A stretch of 64,000 nucleotides of DNA from an uncultured archaeon (GTDB lineage Archaea > Thermoproteota > Nitrososphaeria > JACIWG01). This document shows positions 29,549-38,956 of the stretch, piece by piece. The stretch covers positions 64,067-128,066 of the forward strand of contig CALHLD010000004.1 in assembly GCA_938034445.1 (NCBI GenBank), given 5' to 3'. Numbering within the stretch: position 1 is the first letter of the stretch; each line of letters begins with the position of its first letter. A program made the translations under genes and the position numbers. Below the pieces are notes generated by a model. The model ran no database searches, was not told where the DNA came from, and saw only the letters and a program-made list of their open reading frames with translations.

Positions 29549-30688
29549 TCACGAATATAGTAATGTCTTATCTCCTCTAACTATGATTGATATTTTTCTT
29601 TTCCTATCTTCAGCTTGGTCTACTAGATAGTTTATGGCGGCATTTCCTGACTGGAAACTTTTTAACCCTAACCTTTTTTGAACGAAGGTATTAGGTAATG
29701 TGGTGACAACTCCTAAATCATACTTTTGGCTTGCCTGTATTAAATAATAGAGGTTCTCAATTCCATCAATATATGTTCTACCTAAAAGTCCATCTAACTT
29801 GAATCCCGTATAAACATATTTTTTTAAAGCTTCAGAACCCAATCCGTCTAACGCTTCAGCCAAAATAATGATGGATGCTCTATCTTCACAAGCGTATATT
29901 GTGTTCCATAGGCTGTTTAATGCACTGTTTAAAGTACTACATTTATCCTCTTCCCCTGGAGAAACCATAGCTAAGCTTATCTTTTTTTCAACATTTTTTA
30001 AAGAATATTTTAAAAACTCTTCAACAGACTTTTTATGTACAAAGTCAATTTTACCATATAGTATCTTACTGAAACCCAGCTTGCCTGGAATAATTCCTAT
30101 ACCATCTAATTCTTTTAACTCCTCAACAATCCTGTTCAGAAACCATCCTGATGATGTTTCTTTTCCAGGTCTTGGAATAAGTTCGTTCTCCCTCTTTATA
30201 GCCTCGTATCTTATCTGCTCGTCTGCAACTTCTAGAATGGTTGTCGACATACCTTTAAAGCCGAAGAGAGGGTCAAATCCTATGCTTGAAACAAGTATTA
30301 GATTTCTTTTTGAAAGTATTTGTGAAACCTTTACCTGTACTCCATCAACAATCGCTACAGGCGCCTTCTCAGCCTCTATCTTTGAAAATTCTATGCTGGT
30401 GTCCTTCAGACTTTTTCTAAGATTTTTTAAAATTCTTTCGCTTGAAAAAGCGTATACTTTAGTGTTTTGAGCGAATGTTGTTAGGAAACGTAAGAATTCT
30501 ATTGTAGAATTTTCGCAGTCTCCTACCAACAGGTTTATCTCATTTAATCCCTTTAATGGCTGTATCTCTTGCTCTACCTGATTTATTTCTAATTCAGGTA
30601 ATGGGTCATCGTAAACTTTTTCTAATCTTTCCCTTTTTAGTTCTACTGCAATTTCTACCCTACCATATCTTAGCCATATTTCTGGCAT
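29549..30688 (-). CDS. LarA/DUF2088-like protein, apparently degenerate
   Basis: EIWLRYG start, DPLFGFKG, IILAEALDGLGS; few histidines. Confidence 0.6.
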   Translation of the reverse strand: MPEIWLRYGRVEIAVELKRERLEKVYDDPLPELEINQVEQEIQPLKGLNEINLLVGDCENSTIEFLRFLTTFAQNTKVYAFSSERILKNLRKSLKDTSIEFSKIEAEKAPVAIVDGVQVKVSQILSKRNLILVSSIGFDPLFGFKGMSTTILEVADEQIRYEAIKRENELIPRPGKETSSGWFLNRIVEELKELDGIGIIPGKLGFSKILYGKIDFVHKKSVEEFLKYSLKNVEKKISLAMVSPGEEDKCSTLNSALNSLWNTIYACEDRASIIILAEALDGLGSEALKKYVYTGFKLDGLLGRTYIDGIENLYYLIQASQKYDLGVVTTLPNTFVQKRLGLKSFQSGNAAINYLVDQAEDRKRKISIIVRGDKTLLYS

Positions 30689-30769
30689 GCTTGCATTAAC
30701 TACCTATCATCTATAAAATAAACTCTTTTTTTCCAAAACCTTTATCTTCACATCCTATAGGAACATATT

Positions 30770-31417
30770 TTGATGGAGAAGGTCAAAATTTTATGGTTTA
30801 ACGAATATAGTGGTTTAAGGGTTGTTTACAAAGATATGGCTATAGTATTTGACCCCTATCAAGTTTTACCACTAAAGCTTGTCCCCCTAAACTATCTCCT
30901 AATATCACATGAACACTTTGACCATTTTGATTTAACACTTGATATTGAGCTTTCTAAATACGCTCAAATGATATTAGCAGATTTGGAGTCTGGAAGTAGG
31001 CTTAGAAAGTATGTTCAGAAGGATCGCTTAAAAATTATGAAACCGGGAGATGTTTACAAGGATAAAAGCATTTCAGTTACCGCCCTTAGGAGTGCTCATC
31101 CTGCTGTAAATCCATTAACATATTTTGTGGAATATTTTGGTGGTCCAAAAATTTTTTATGCTAGCGATTCCCTTCCGTTAATAGAATTTTCTAGTATTGC
31201 AGGATACGGTGTTGACATTGCATTTGTACCTATAGGAATTGCTCCCGGAGCTTCCCCTAGGACTGGAAGTGAGATTGTTCAAACTGTAAAGCCTAAGATT
31301 ACTATCCCTGTTCATGGGACAAGGTTTGAGGAATTTAATTCTCTAGTTAAAGCTAGGTCCCCTAATGTTAGCGTTAAAATATTGCCTATGGATGTAGAGG
31401 TGGAGGTGGAAATATAA
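30770..31417 (+). CDS. Metallo-beta-lactamase fold hydrolase
   Basis: FDP, SHEHFDH, H, SD, PVHG. Confidence 0.88.
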   Translation: MMEKVKILWFNEYSGLRVVYKDMAIVFDPYQVLPLKLVPLNYLLISHEHFDHFDLTLDIELSKYAQMILADLESGSRLRKYVQKDRLKIMKPGDVYKDKSISVTALRSAHPAVNPLTYFVEYFGGPKIFYASDSLPLIEFSSIAGYGVDIAFVPIGIAPGASPRTGSEIVQTVKPKITIPVHGTRFEEFNSLVKARSPNVSVKILPMDVEVEVEI

Positions 31418-31419
31418 TT

Positions 31420-32040
31420 TTGAAGGATGATAAAACTTTAGTAAAGGAGTTGGCAAAGTCTCTTATAAAAACTCAGTCTCTTAAGTTTGGCGTTTTTAAG
31501 TTGACGAGCGGTAAAATGAGTAGCTACTATATTGACTTAAGGCTTATTCCAAGCTACCCTCAAGTTTTTAAGAGGATAATAGGCATGTACACTAACTTAA
31601 TTGTTAATAGGATAGGGTTACCAAATTTTGATGTAATCTGCGGTATTCCAACTTCTGGTCTTGTTTTCGCTTCCGCATTAGCGTATTCTTTGGAAAAGCC
31701 ACTAATATACATCAGAAAGGATGTAAAATCACATGGTACCCAAAAAAATATTGAAGGTTTCCTAAAGCCGGGTGATCGTGTACTATTGGTTGACGATCTA
31801 ATCACAACAGGGTCTTCTCTAATATCGTCAAGTGAAATGGTTTTGGGTGAAGGCGGTGTAATCAGGGACGCTGTCGTCCTAGTCGATAGAGAAGAGGGTG
31901 GTATAGAAAAATTAAGGAGTTTTGGTATAAATGTTCATTATGTTGCCAAAGTTAGCGAATTAGCGAAGGACTTATATGAAAACAATATCATAGGCGAAGA
32001 AGAGTATAATGCTGTCCTTAAACAAATAGAAAAAGGATAA
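31420..32040 (+). CDS. pyrE: Orotate phosphoribosyltransferase
   Basis: FKLTSGKMSSYYID, RK...HG, VDDLITTG. Confidence 0.95.
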   Translation: MKDDKTLVKELAKSLIKTQSLKFGVFKLTSGKMSSYYIDLRLIPSYPQVFKRIIGMYTNLIVNRIGLPNFDVICGIPTSGLVFASALAYSLEKPLIYIRKDVKSHGTQKNIEGFLKPGDRVLLVDDLITTGSSLISSSEMVLGEGGVIRDAVVLVDREEGGIEKLRSFGINVHYVAKVSELAKDLYENNIIGEEEYNAVLKQIEKG

Positions 32041-32048
32041 AGGAATTT

Positions 32049-32606
32049 CTAGTAGACCATTAACCCTAATTGGTCAAGGGTCTGATGAAGGTTGGACACT
32101 GCCTCATAAACTTCCCGCTCCTTTTTAGCTCCAGTACAAACAAGTTTTCCACTAGCAAACAATAGTATAACAGTCTTTGGCTGAAGCATTCTATGAATTA
32201 GTCCTGGAAACTGTTCAGGCTCATACATGCTTCTAGGCAATTTTATGGCAGCCGACTCCAAATCAACCCTACCGCCTAGGCTTGCTGAAGCAACTATATT
32301 CTGTACTTCTATAACTGGTTCATTTGTTATCTCTATACCACCATCTTTTAGCATCTTAACAACTGTATGAACTGCCTTAAATGCCTGATCCTCCGATTTC
32401 CCTCCAGTACAGACCATCTTACCTGAACTGAATATGAGTGTTGCAGTTTTAGGCGACTTTAGACGGAATACTAGTCCAGGAAACTGGTCAGGCCTATATT
32501 CGACGTTTGTGAACCTTTTTGTTATCTCTATTAGGTTGATGTTCTGGTTTACTGAAGCTGAAGCGACAACATTTTCGATACTCACTACCCTCTTTCCTTT
32601 TAACAT
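32049..32606 (-). CDS. tbp: TATA-box binding protein
   Basis: Two repeats NVVAS..QFPGL..IFSSGKMVCTG / NIVAS..LFASGKLVCTG. Confidence 0.97.
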   Translation of the reverse strand: MLKGKRVVSIENVVASASVNQNINLIEITKRFTNVEYRPDQFPGLVFRLKSPKTATLIFSSGKMVCTGGKSEDQAFKAVHTVVKMLKDGGIEITNEPVIEVQNIVASASLGGRVDLESAAIKLPRSMYEPEQFPGLIHRMLQPKTVILLFASGKLVCTGAKKEREVYEAVSNLHQTLDQLGLMVY

Positions 32607-32654
32607 TTTTTCTCGTTAGGGATATATAAACTGGGTATATAAAAGAGTTTAAAA

Positions 32655-33170
32655 TTAGATGTCTTTCGTTTCCCTTCTCTTTTTTGATTCTTCGACAAAT
32701 ATTGTGTAAACAAAATAAGTTAATAGTATTATAATTAAAATGTAGTTTACTGGAGGAGAGAGTATTTGTCCAATGTATCCAACGTAAGGTATTCTAACAC
32801 CCATATACTTTCCAATATAATTCTCTTCTCTAACATATCCTGGGTCAGGCACCCTATTGTTATCACCTTGTGTTATTAAAACCATTTCATTGCCAATTAA
32901 CTTTATTTCTTTTATCCTATGAACAATTCTAACATTATATACTGGACTATTAAAAACAATAATGTCTCCAACACGCAGGCTTTCAAAATCCACTTTATAG
33001 ATAATGATTAAATCCCCATTTTCTAGTGTAGGGTGCATGCTGTTTCCTTCAACATAATAGAATGGTGAAGTACCTAGAATGAGGCTTGCTAACATAATAG
33101 CTGTAATGGTTAACAAAATTGCAAAGAAAATATTTTCTAAAAGATTGACTTTAGATCTGCCCAGTTTCAA
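32655..33170 (-). CDS. Signal peptidase I (archaeal/ER type, S26B)
   Basis: GNSMHP, GD, IVHR, TQGDNN. Confidence 0.9.
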   Translation of the reverse strand: MKLGRSKVNLLENIFFAILLTITAIMLASLILGTSPFYYVEGNSMHPTLENGDLIIIYKVDFESLRVGDIIVFNSPVYNVRIVHRIKEIKLIGNEMVLITQGDNNRVPDPGYVREENYIGKYMGVRIPYVGYIGQILSPPVNYILIIILLTYFVYTIFVEESKKRRETKDI

Positions 33171-34189
33171 GCTCTAATCCACACTCTTCTAGTACTCTCT
33201 ATAAATTCATAGTTTAAAGTTTGTCCTGTAGAAAATTTTATTCTAAAAATGTTTTTTGAACCATTTACAGGAATATATGGTACATAGGTGTATACTTCAA
33301 AGGATGTGAAGGGTAATATTATATCAGGTTTAATGTAATAGTTTATTGGAACACTACTATTTACACTTATTTCAGAAATAAAGATGCTCATCGGTAATAT
33401 CGAATTTGAGGAAATTTTAACAATCAACCATTTAGGCTCTATCAAATATATTGAAAGATTATCGACATAGGCTACCAAATTTTCAGACCAAACACTTAAG
33501 CCAACAACATAATAATCGTCTCCAGCCTTAGAATCAATTCCCTTACGCATTAAATATTCTGCAAACTCTTCCCTCAAATTTGTCATTTGAAGCGCATACT
33601 CTACCCAGTTGTCTGTAGCCTCTAACTTTCGGAAAAGAATTAGCCCATAGTCTGTAAACTTTATACCATCACTTAAATTTCCAACACTCTTATATAATAA
33701 GAGGGTAAATGTGAATGCCGTAATATTAGTGCCATAATGTAAAATAATATTTTGGACGGCAACATATGATGGATAGTTTTCAATAATTTCTTTTGAAGCC
33801 TTTACTGCAAGTGCAAGCACAAGATTTCCTCCAATAATATACTTTGATGAAGCATTCCTACCAACATAGACTGCCTGCGGAACCATAAAAGGCTTTGAGG
33901 GTGTCAAATTTAGTGCACAATTCCCTTCAAAAACAACTGTTCTAGAAATTCTGGAACCATTAAAAAGGCTCCACCCATAAACATTATCTCCTACAACTTC
34001 TTCAAAACCAGCATTTTGGTAGATTGAAAAAAGCTCTTCCCTGATCGAGCGTGCAGATTCGATTGAAACGGCGGAAGGCAAAAATGGGAGTATCGAGGAT
34101 GCTAGCACAATTATACTTAGTGCAGTAAGGGAATACAAAATCTTTCTTTTAACTTTATTTGTAAGTTTGCTGATTTTCAATTGGTTCAC
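33167..34189 (-). CDS. Secreted or membrane-anchored hypothetical protein
   Basis: Basic-then-hydrophobic N-terminus, beta-rich body; start inferred at GTG 34189. Confidence 0.55.
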   Translation of the reverse strand: MNQLKISKLTNKVKRKILYSLTALSIIVLASSILPFLPSAVSIESARSIREELFSIYQNAGFEEVVGDNVYGWSLFNGSRISRTVVFEGNCALNLTPSKPFMVPQAVYVGRNASSKYIIGGNLVLALAVKASKEIIENYPSYVAVQNIILHYGTNITAFTFTLLLYKSVGNLSDGIKFTDYGLILFRKLEATDNWVEYALQMTNLREEFAEYLMRKGIDSKAGDDYYVVGLSVWSENLVAYVDNLSIYLIEPKWLIVKISSNSILPMSIFISEISVNSSVPINYYIKPDIILPFTSFEVYTYVPYIPVNGSKNIFRIKFSTGQTLNYEFIESTRRVWIRA

Positions 34190-34391
34190 CAAAACGATTG
34201 TATTTAGTGATAGTGGGTGTCTCTGTTGGAATAAAAAAGGTTTTCTAAAAATTTCTATTGAATTCAATAACGCGAACTGAGTGTACGAAATCAATTTGTA
34301 TTCTGAGGACAGATGTTCGTTTTTATTACATTTTAACTGCACTATCTTAAATTTTTAGAAAGCTTAATAAAAATCTTCTTATCCACCCTCT

Positions 34392-35453
34392 ATGGCGTAT
34401 TCTAAATTGGGCTTAACAAAAACATTAACTTACAGAGGAATAAGTTTAGTTATAGTTCTCTTTGGTGTGCTTTTTCTAACTGTAATAGTATTAGGTGCAA
34501 CGGGTGTATCGGATAGAATATTAGATTCTATGTTAATGGAGGAATTGAGGGGAATAAGACAGCAGCTTGTTACACAAATAAAGGATGTTGAACAATTAAA
34601 TAAGGCTGTAGAGGAGATAAAAAAGCAGCTAATTATCGCTTACGGTCTTGACAAACCTTGGTATGAGCGTTTACCTAGTATGATGCTAAAAATTATTACT
34701 CTTGACCTTGGCTCTGCAAAGAATATTCAATCTTTTAGTGGAAGTAAGCAGATATCAGTAATAATCATGGAACGTTTGCCAAACACCATACTTTTGGTCA
34801 CCACAGCCATTATAATCAATTTTTTAATAGGCTTGTTTGCTGGAACATGGGTTGCAACAAAACCCGGATCTATTATAGATCGTCTTGTATCACTTTATGC
34901 TGCAATCTCCTATGCTATACCAACTTGGTGGCTTGGATTAATCAACATACTCGTTTTCGCCTTTTTTCTAAGGCTGTTTCCTTATACAGGAATGTTTAGT
35001 GCTCCTCCACCAACAGACCCATTTCTTAGAATTTTAGACCTTCTATGGCATGTTTCGCTCCCACTTTTAACATTAATAATAGCGCTTTCAGGTTCATGGA
35101 TTTATATAACACGAAGTTTAACAGTTACAACTGCCCAAGAAGATTTTGTTAATGTTGCTCGTGCTAAAGGTCTTCCTGAAAATTTGGTTCAAAGAAGGTA
35201 TATTGTGAGGGTTGTTGCACCCTCTATACTTACGAATGTTATACTCGGATTAGCTGGCTCAATAGGTGGCGCTATTTTGACAGAAACAGTTTTCGGCTGG
35301 CCTGGTATGGGTCAATTGTATTATGAAGCTATTGTCTCATTAGATGAAGGCCTTATACTTGCATTGACGTACATGTTCACACTAGTCTACGTAATAGCAA
35401 GATTTGTTCTTGAAGTCCTTTATGTGGTAGTGGATCCACGTGTTAGATATTGA
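34392..35453 (+). CDS. dppB: Peptide ABC transporter permease
   Basis: ERLPNT, ARAKGL, ETVFGWPGMG. Confidence 0.9.
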   Translation: MAYSKLGLTKTLTYRGISLVIVLFGVLFLTVIVLGATGVSDRILDSMLMEELRGIRQQLVTQIKDVEQLNKAVEEIKKQLIIAYGLDKPWYERLPSMMLKIITLDLGSAKNIQSFSGSKQISVIIMERLPNTILLVTTAIIINFLIGLFAGTWVATKPGSIIDRLVSLYAAISYAIPTWWLGLINILVFAFFLRLFPYTGMFSAPPPTDPFLRILDLLWHVSLPLLTLIIALSGSWIYITRSLTVTTAQEDFVNVARAKGLPENLVQRRYIVRVVAPSILTNVILGLAGSIGGAILTETVFGWPGMGQLYYEAIVSLDEGLILALTYMFTLVYVIARFVLEVLYVVVDPRVRY

Positions 35454-35464
35454 GGTGAAATGGT

Positions 35465-36898
35465 TTGAGTATATTTAGTGAGGCAAGAAGAGAATTTTGG
35501 AGAAGTTATACATCAAAAGCTGGAACCTTTTTCATTATACTTTTATCCTTAATTTCTCTTGTGGTTGTTTTAACTATGCCATTAGACTTTGGTACAAAAT
35601 ATTGGAGTAATCCAATATATTGGGTTGATTATCCAAAGACTTCACCACCAGCTTGGATTAATACTTTTATGTCCGAAAAGTTAGTTGAGCATCAAGTTTT
35701 ATACTCATATACTCCTGTACAAGTTGAAGATTTAGGCGGCTCCTATATGAAAATATATTCCTTTACATACGATTTTAAATATAACCAATTTCCATCATTT
35801 TTAACATTTAGAATTAGGGGTCTAACCTTCTATGAAAATCCCCCTGTTATAAGAGTGCATATTATTAGACCTGACAATAAAATTATATCACTTTTAACAT
35901 ACCCAGTTAGTACTGAAGGTGTTTCTCAAACTGCACCATATGTTCTTTATAAAACTGAACCTAAACGTTTTCTATTAAGTGGTGATCCATCACTATTCAG
36001 GGTACTATCAGATTTTCTCTACAAAGAATTCCATATCTCATATTCTCCTGAAAAAGTTTACTCTGTTGGTGTAGAAAAGATTATTTTCGGTGTCCCAAAA
36101 GACGATAATTCATTTGAGCCGTTAAATGGAAAATATCAAGTTAACATTCTACTATATTGTGAAAACGAAAACGATTCTTTGGGCGAAGTTGCAATGGTGT
36201 TTGGGGGTAGAGTATATGGTCTAATGGGGACTGACACGTTAGGACGAGATCTGTTTCAAGGTCTCCTTTTCGGTTTTCCTGTTGCCTTGCTAATTGGTCT
36301 TGCAACCTCTATTCTATCTACTATTTTAGGCGCTGTTTTAGGTATTGTTAGTGGCTATATTGGTGGGAAAACAGATATCCTCATCCAAAGGATTGCTGAC
36401 ATAGTTAACAATATACCACTGCTTCCACTTCTAATATTCTTTACATTCATCTTTGGAGGAAAATTGTGGGTTATTGTTCTAATATTGGTCATATTTGGTT
36501 GGCCGAGTCTTACAATAATAGTACGTTCTATGGTTTTATCATTAAAATCCTCAAATTTTGTTGAAGCTGCTGTTGCTGTTGGAGCAAATAGTATTAGGAT
36601 TATGGCAAGGCACATATTTCCACAAGTTGCACCATTCATTTTAGCACAACTAATATTTTATACTCCTCAAGCAATTCTATCTGAGTCAGCATTAAGCTTT
36701 TTAGGTCTCGGTGATCCCTCGATACCAACTTGGGGACAAATACTCGATTATGCTTTTAGAAATGGTGCAGTATATCTAGGCTACTGGTGGTGGATACTTC
36801 CACCTGGCTTATTGATCATTCTCTCAGCAATAACCTTTGTTCTATTAGCGTTAGGATTAGAGCCTGTTGTTAATCCTAGATTAAGGAGGAGACGATGA
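35465..36898 (+). CDS. dppC: Peptide ABC transporter permease
   Basis: GTDTLGRD, FVEAA, LSFLGLG, WWWILPPG. Confidence 0.9.
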   Translation: MSIFSEARREFWRSYTSKAGTFFIILLSLISLVVVLTMPLDFGTKYWSNPIYWVDYPKTSPPAWINTFMSEKLVEHQVLYSYTPVQVEDLGGSYMKIYSFTYDFKYNQFPSFLTFRIRGLTFYENPPVIRVHIIRPDNKIISLLTYPVSTEGVSQTAPYVLYKTEPKRFLLSGDPSLFRVLSDFLYKEFHISYSPEKVYSVGVEKIIFGVPKDDNSFEPLNGKYQVNILLYCENENDSLGEVAMVFGGRVYGLMGTDTLGRDLFQGLLFGFPVALLIGLATSILSTILGAVLGIVSGYIGGKTDILIQRIADIVNNIPLLPLLIFFTFIFGGKLWVIVLILVIFGWPSLTIIVRSMVLSLKSSNFVEAAVAVGANSIRIMARHIFPQVAPFILAQLIFYTPQAILSESALSFLGLGDPSIPTWGQILDYAFRNGAVYLGYWWWILPPGLLIILSAITFVLLALGLEPVVNPRLRRRR

Positions 36899-36899
36899 A

Positions 36900-37868
36900 A
36901 TGGAATCATATGTTTTAGAGGTTGAAAAGTTAAATTTGGCGTATAGAACATTGAGAGGCGACCTTTTGGCGGTTAATGATGTATCCTTTTCTCTTAAGCC
37001 TGGAGAAACATTAGGTATTGTTGGAGAGTCGGGTTGCGGTAAATCGAGTACTGCATACGCCTTAATGAAAATGGTTCCATCTAATACTTCAATATTTACT
37101 GGAAAGATAATTGTTGACGGGGAAAATATTATGGAAATGGACGATGCCGATCTTAGAAAAAAGGTTAGGTGGAAAAAGATTTCTATGGTATTTCAAGGTG
37201 CAATGAATTCACTAAATCCGGTTATTAAGGTAGGTTTCCAGGTAGCGGAACCATTAATAGTTCACGATAATGTCCCAAAAAATGAGGCTCTGGAAAGGGC
37301 TAAAGAACTTTTTAAGCTTGTTGGATTGCCTCAAGACTTCATAAACAGATATCCTCATGAACTTAGTGGTGGTATGAAGCAGAGGGTTGTTATTGCGATG
37401 TCGCTTGTACTGAATCCTAAAATTCTAATTTTAGACGAGCCTACTTCAGCGTTAGATGTTATGATACAGGCTCAAATTATGAACATGTTAAAAGATTTGA
37501 GAAAATCGTTAAACCTATCAATAATATTCATAACGCATGATATAGCTTTGGCAAGTGATCTTTGTGATAAAATTGCTGTAATGTATGGTGGACAGATTAT
37601 GGAACTGGGTGCCGCTGAACAAGTTTTGCCTGACCCGAAACATCCGTATGCCTCAAAACTTATTGGAAGTATTCCAACACTTAGAAGTGAAAAAAAGTTG
37701 GATTTTATTCCAGGAGCTCCTCCTGACCTTGTAAATCCCCCTACAGGATGTAGATTTAATCCCAGATGCCCTTATAGGTTCGAATTATGTGAGAAGGAGA
37801 CACCTCCTATTTACATTTTGGATGGAGGTAGACAAGTGAGATGTTTCCTTTATAAAGGAAAAGGTTGA
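36900..37868 (+). CDS. dppD: Peptide ABC transporter ATPase
   Basis: GESGCGKS, YPHELSGGMKQR, HPY, C-terminal Cys cluster. Confidence 0.92.
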   Translation: MESYVLEVEKLNLAYRTLRGDLLAVNDVSFSLKPGETLGIVGESGCGKSSTAYALMKMVPSNTSIFTGKIIVDGENIMEMDDADLRKKVRWKKISMVFQGAMNSLNPVIKVGFQVAEPLIVHDNVPKNEALERAKELFKLVGLPQDFINRYPHELSGGMKQRVVIAMSLVLNPKILILDEPTSALDVMIQAQIMNMLKDLRKSLNLSIIFITHDIALASDLCDKIAVMYGGQIMELGAAEQVLPDPKHPYASKLIGSIPTLRSEKKLDFIPGAPPDLVNPPTGCRFNPRCPYRFELCEKETPPIYILDGGRQVRCFLYKGKG

Positions 37869-37869
37869 G

Positions 37870-38865
37870 GTGAATAAAATGGTTGACGATTCTATCCTTT
37901 TAAAGTTAGAGAACATAAAAACCTACTTCTTTCTTCCAAAAGGACTATTTAAAACTATTGTTTTGAAGGCTGTTGATGGTGTTTCTCTAGAAATGAGAAA
38001 GGGTGAATCTCTTGCAATTGTAGGAGAATCTGGTTCGGGAAAGACTACTCTTGGAAGGACTGCAATAAAACTTATAGAACCTACAGAAGGTAAAATAGTA
38101 TTTGATGGAAAAGATATAACACGTTTGAATGATGAAAAGGAAATGAGAAATTTTAGAAGATCGGCTCAAATAATATTCCAAGATCCGTTTATGTCACTTA
38201 ACCCCTATATGACTATTAGAGAAATACTTGAGGAACCTCTAATAGTCCACGGGTTTAGTGACCCAAAAGAGCGATATGAAATCATAGTAAAGGCTCTTGT
38301 TGATGTCAAGCTTCAACCTCCAGAAGAATTTCTTTTAAAATATCCGCACATGCTTAGTGGAGGACAGAGGCAGAGAGTTGGAATTGCTAGAGCAATGGTT
38401 CTAGAGCCAAAATTTATTGTAGCCGATGAACCAGTCTCTATGATAGACGCGTCCAGTAGGGCTGAAATATTATACCTTTTCAAATCATTACAAGAAAAAT
38501 ATAATTTAACCTTTATGTACATAACCCATGATATCGCAACAGCAAAGTATTTCTCTGACAATCTTGCTGTAATGTATTTGGGAAAAATTGTAGAATATGG
38601 TCCAAGCAGAGAAGTTATAATGAATCCAAAACATCCATACACTTCTGCACTGATTTCAGCAGTACCTGATCCTGATCCAAATAATAGATTCATTTACAGA
38701 AAGGTTATTAGTGGAGAAATTCCAAGTGCAGTAAATCCTCCCTCAGGCTGTAGATTTCATACTAGGTGCCCCTATAGGTTCGAATTATGTGATAGAGAGG
38801 AGCCTAAACTGGAAAAGATCAATTTTGAACATAAAGTTGCATGCCACCTTTACACAAAAAAATAG
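37870..38865 (+). CDS. dppF: Peptide ABC transporter ATPase
   Basis: GESGSGKT, LSGGQRQR, DEPVS, HPYT, GCRFHTRC. Confidence 0.92.
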   Translation: MNKMVDDSILLKLENIKTYFFLPKGLFKTIVLKAVDGVSLEMRKGESLAIVGESGSGKTTLGRTAIKLIEPTEGKIVFDGKDITRLNDEKEMRNFRRSAQIIFQDPFMSLNPYMTIREILEEPLIVHGFSDPKERYEIIVKALVDVKLQPPEEFLLKYPHMLSGGQRQRVGIARAMVLEPKFIVADEPVSMIDASSRAEILYLFKSLQEKYNLTFMYITHDIATAKYFSDNLAVMYLGKIVEYGPSREVIMNPKHPYTSALISAVPDPDPNNRFIYRKVISGEIPSAVNPPSGCRFHTRCPYRFELCDREEPKLEKINFEHKVACHLYTKK

Positions 38866-38956
38866 TTCAAATTATTTAAATATTGTTTTATTCTTTACAT
38901 TTTTATATTTTAAGCAATAAAACTTAAATATAGAGAATAACCACTCTAACGATAAT

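Noticed and set aside
34255-34310. Possible second C/D sRNA (CTGA at 34277 and 34303)
   Set aside because: C and C' boxes are poor and I recognised no rRNA target.
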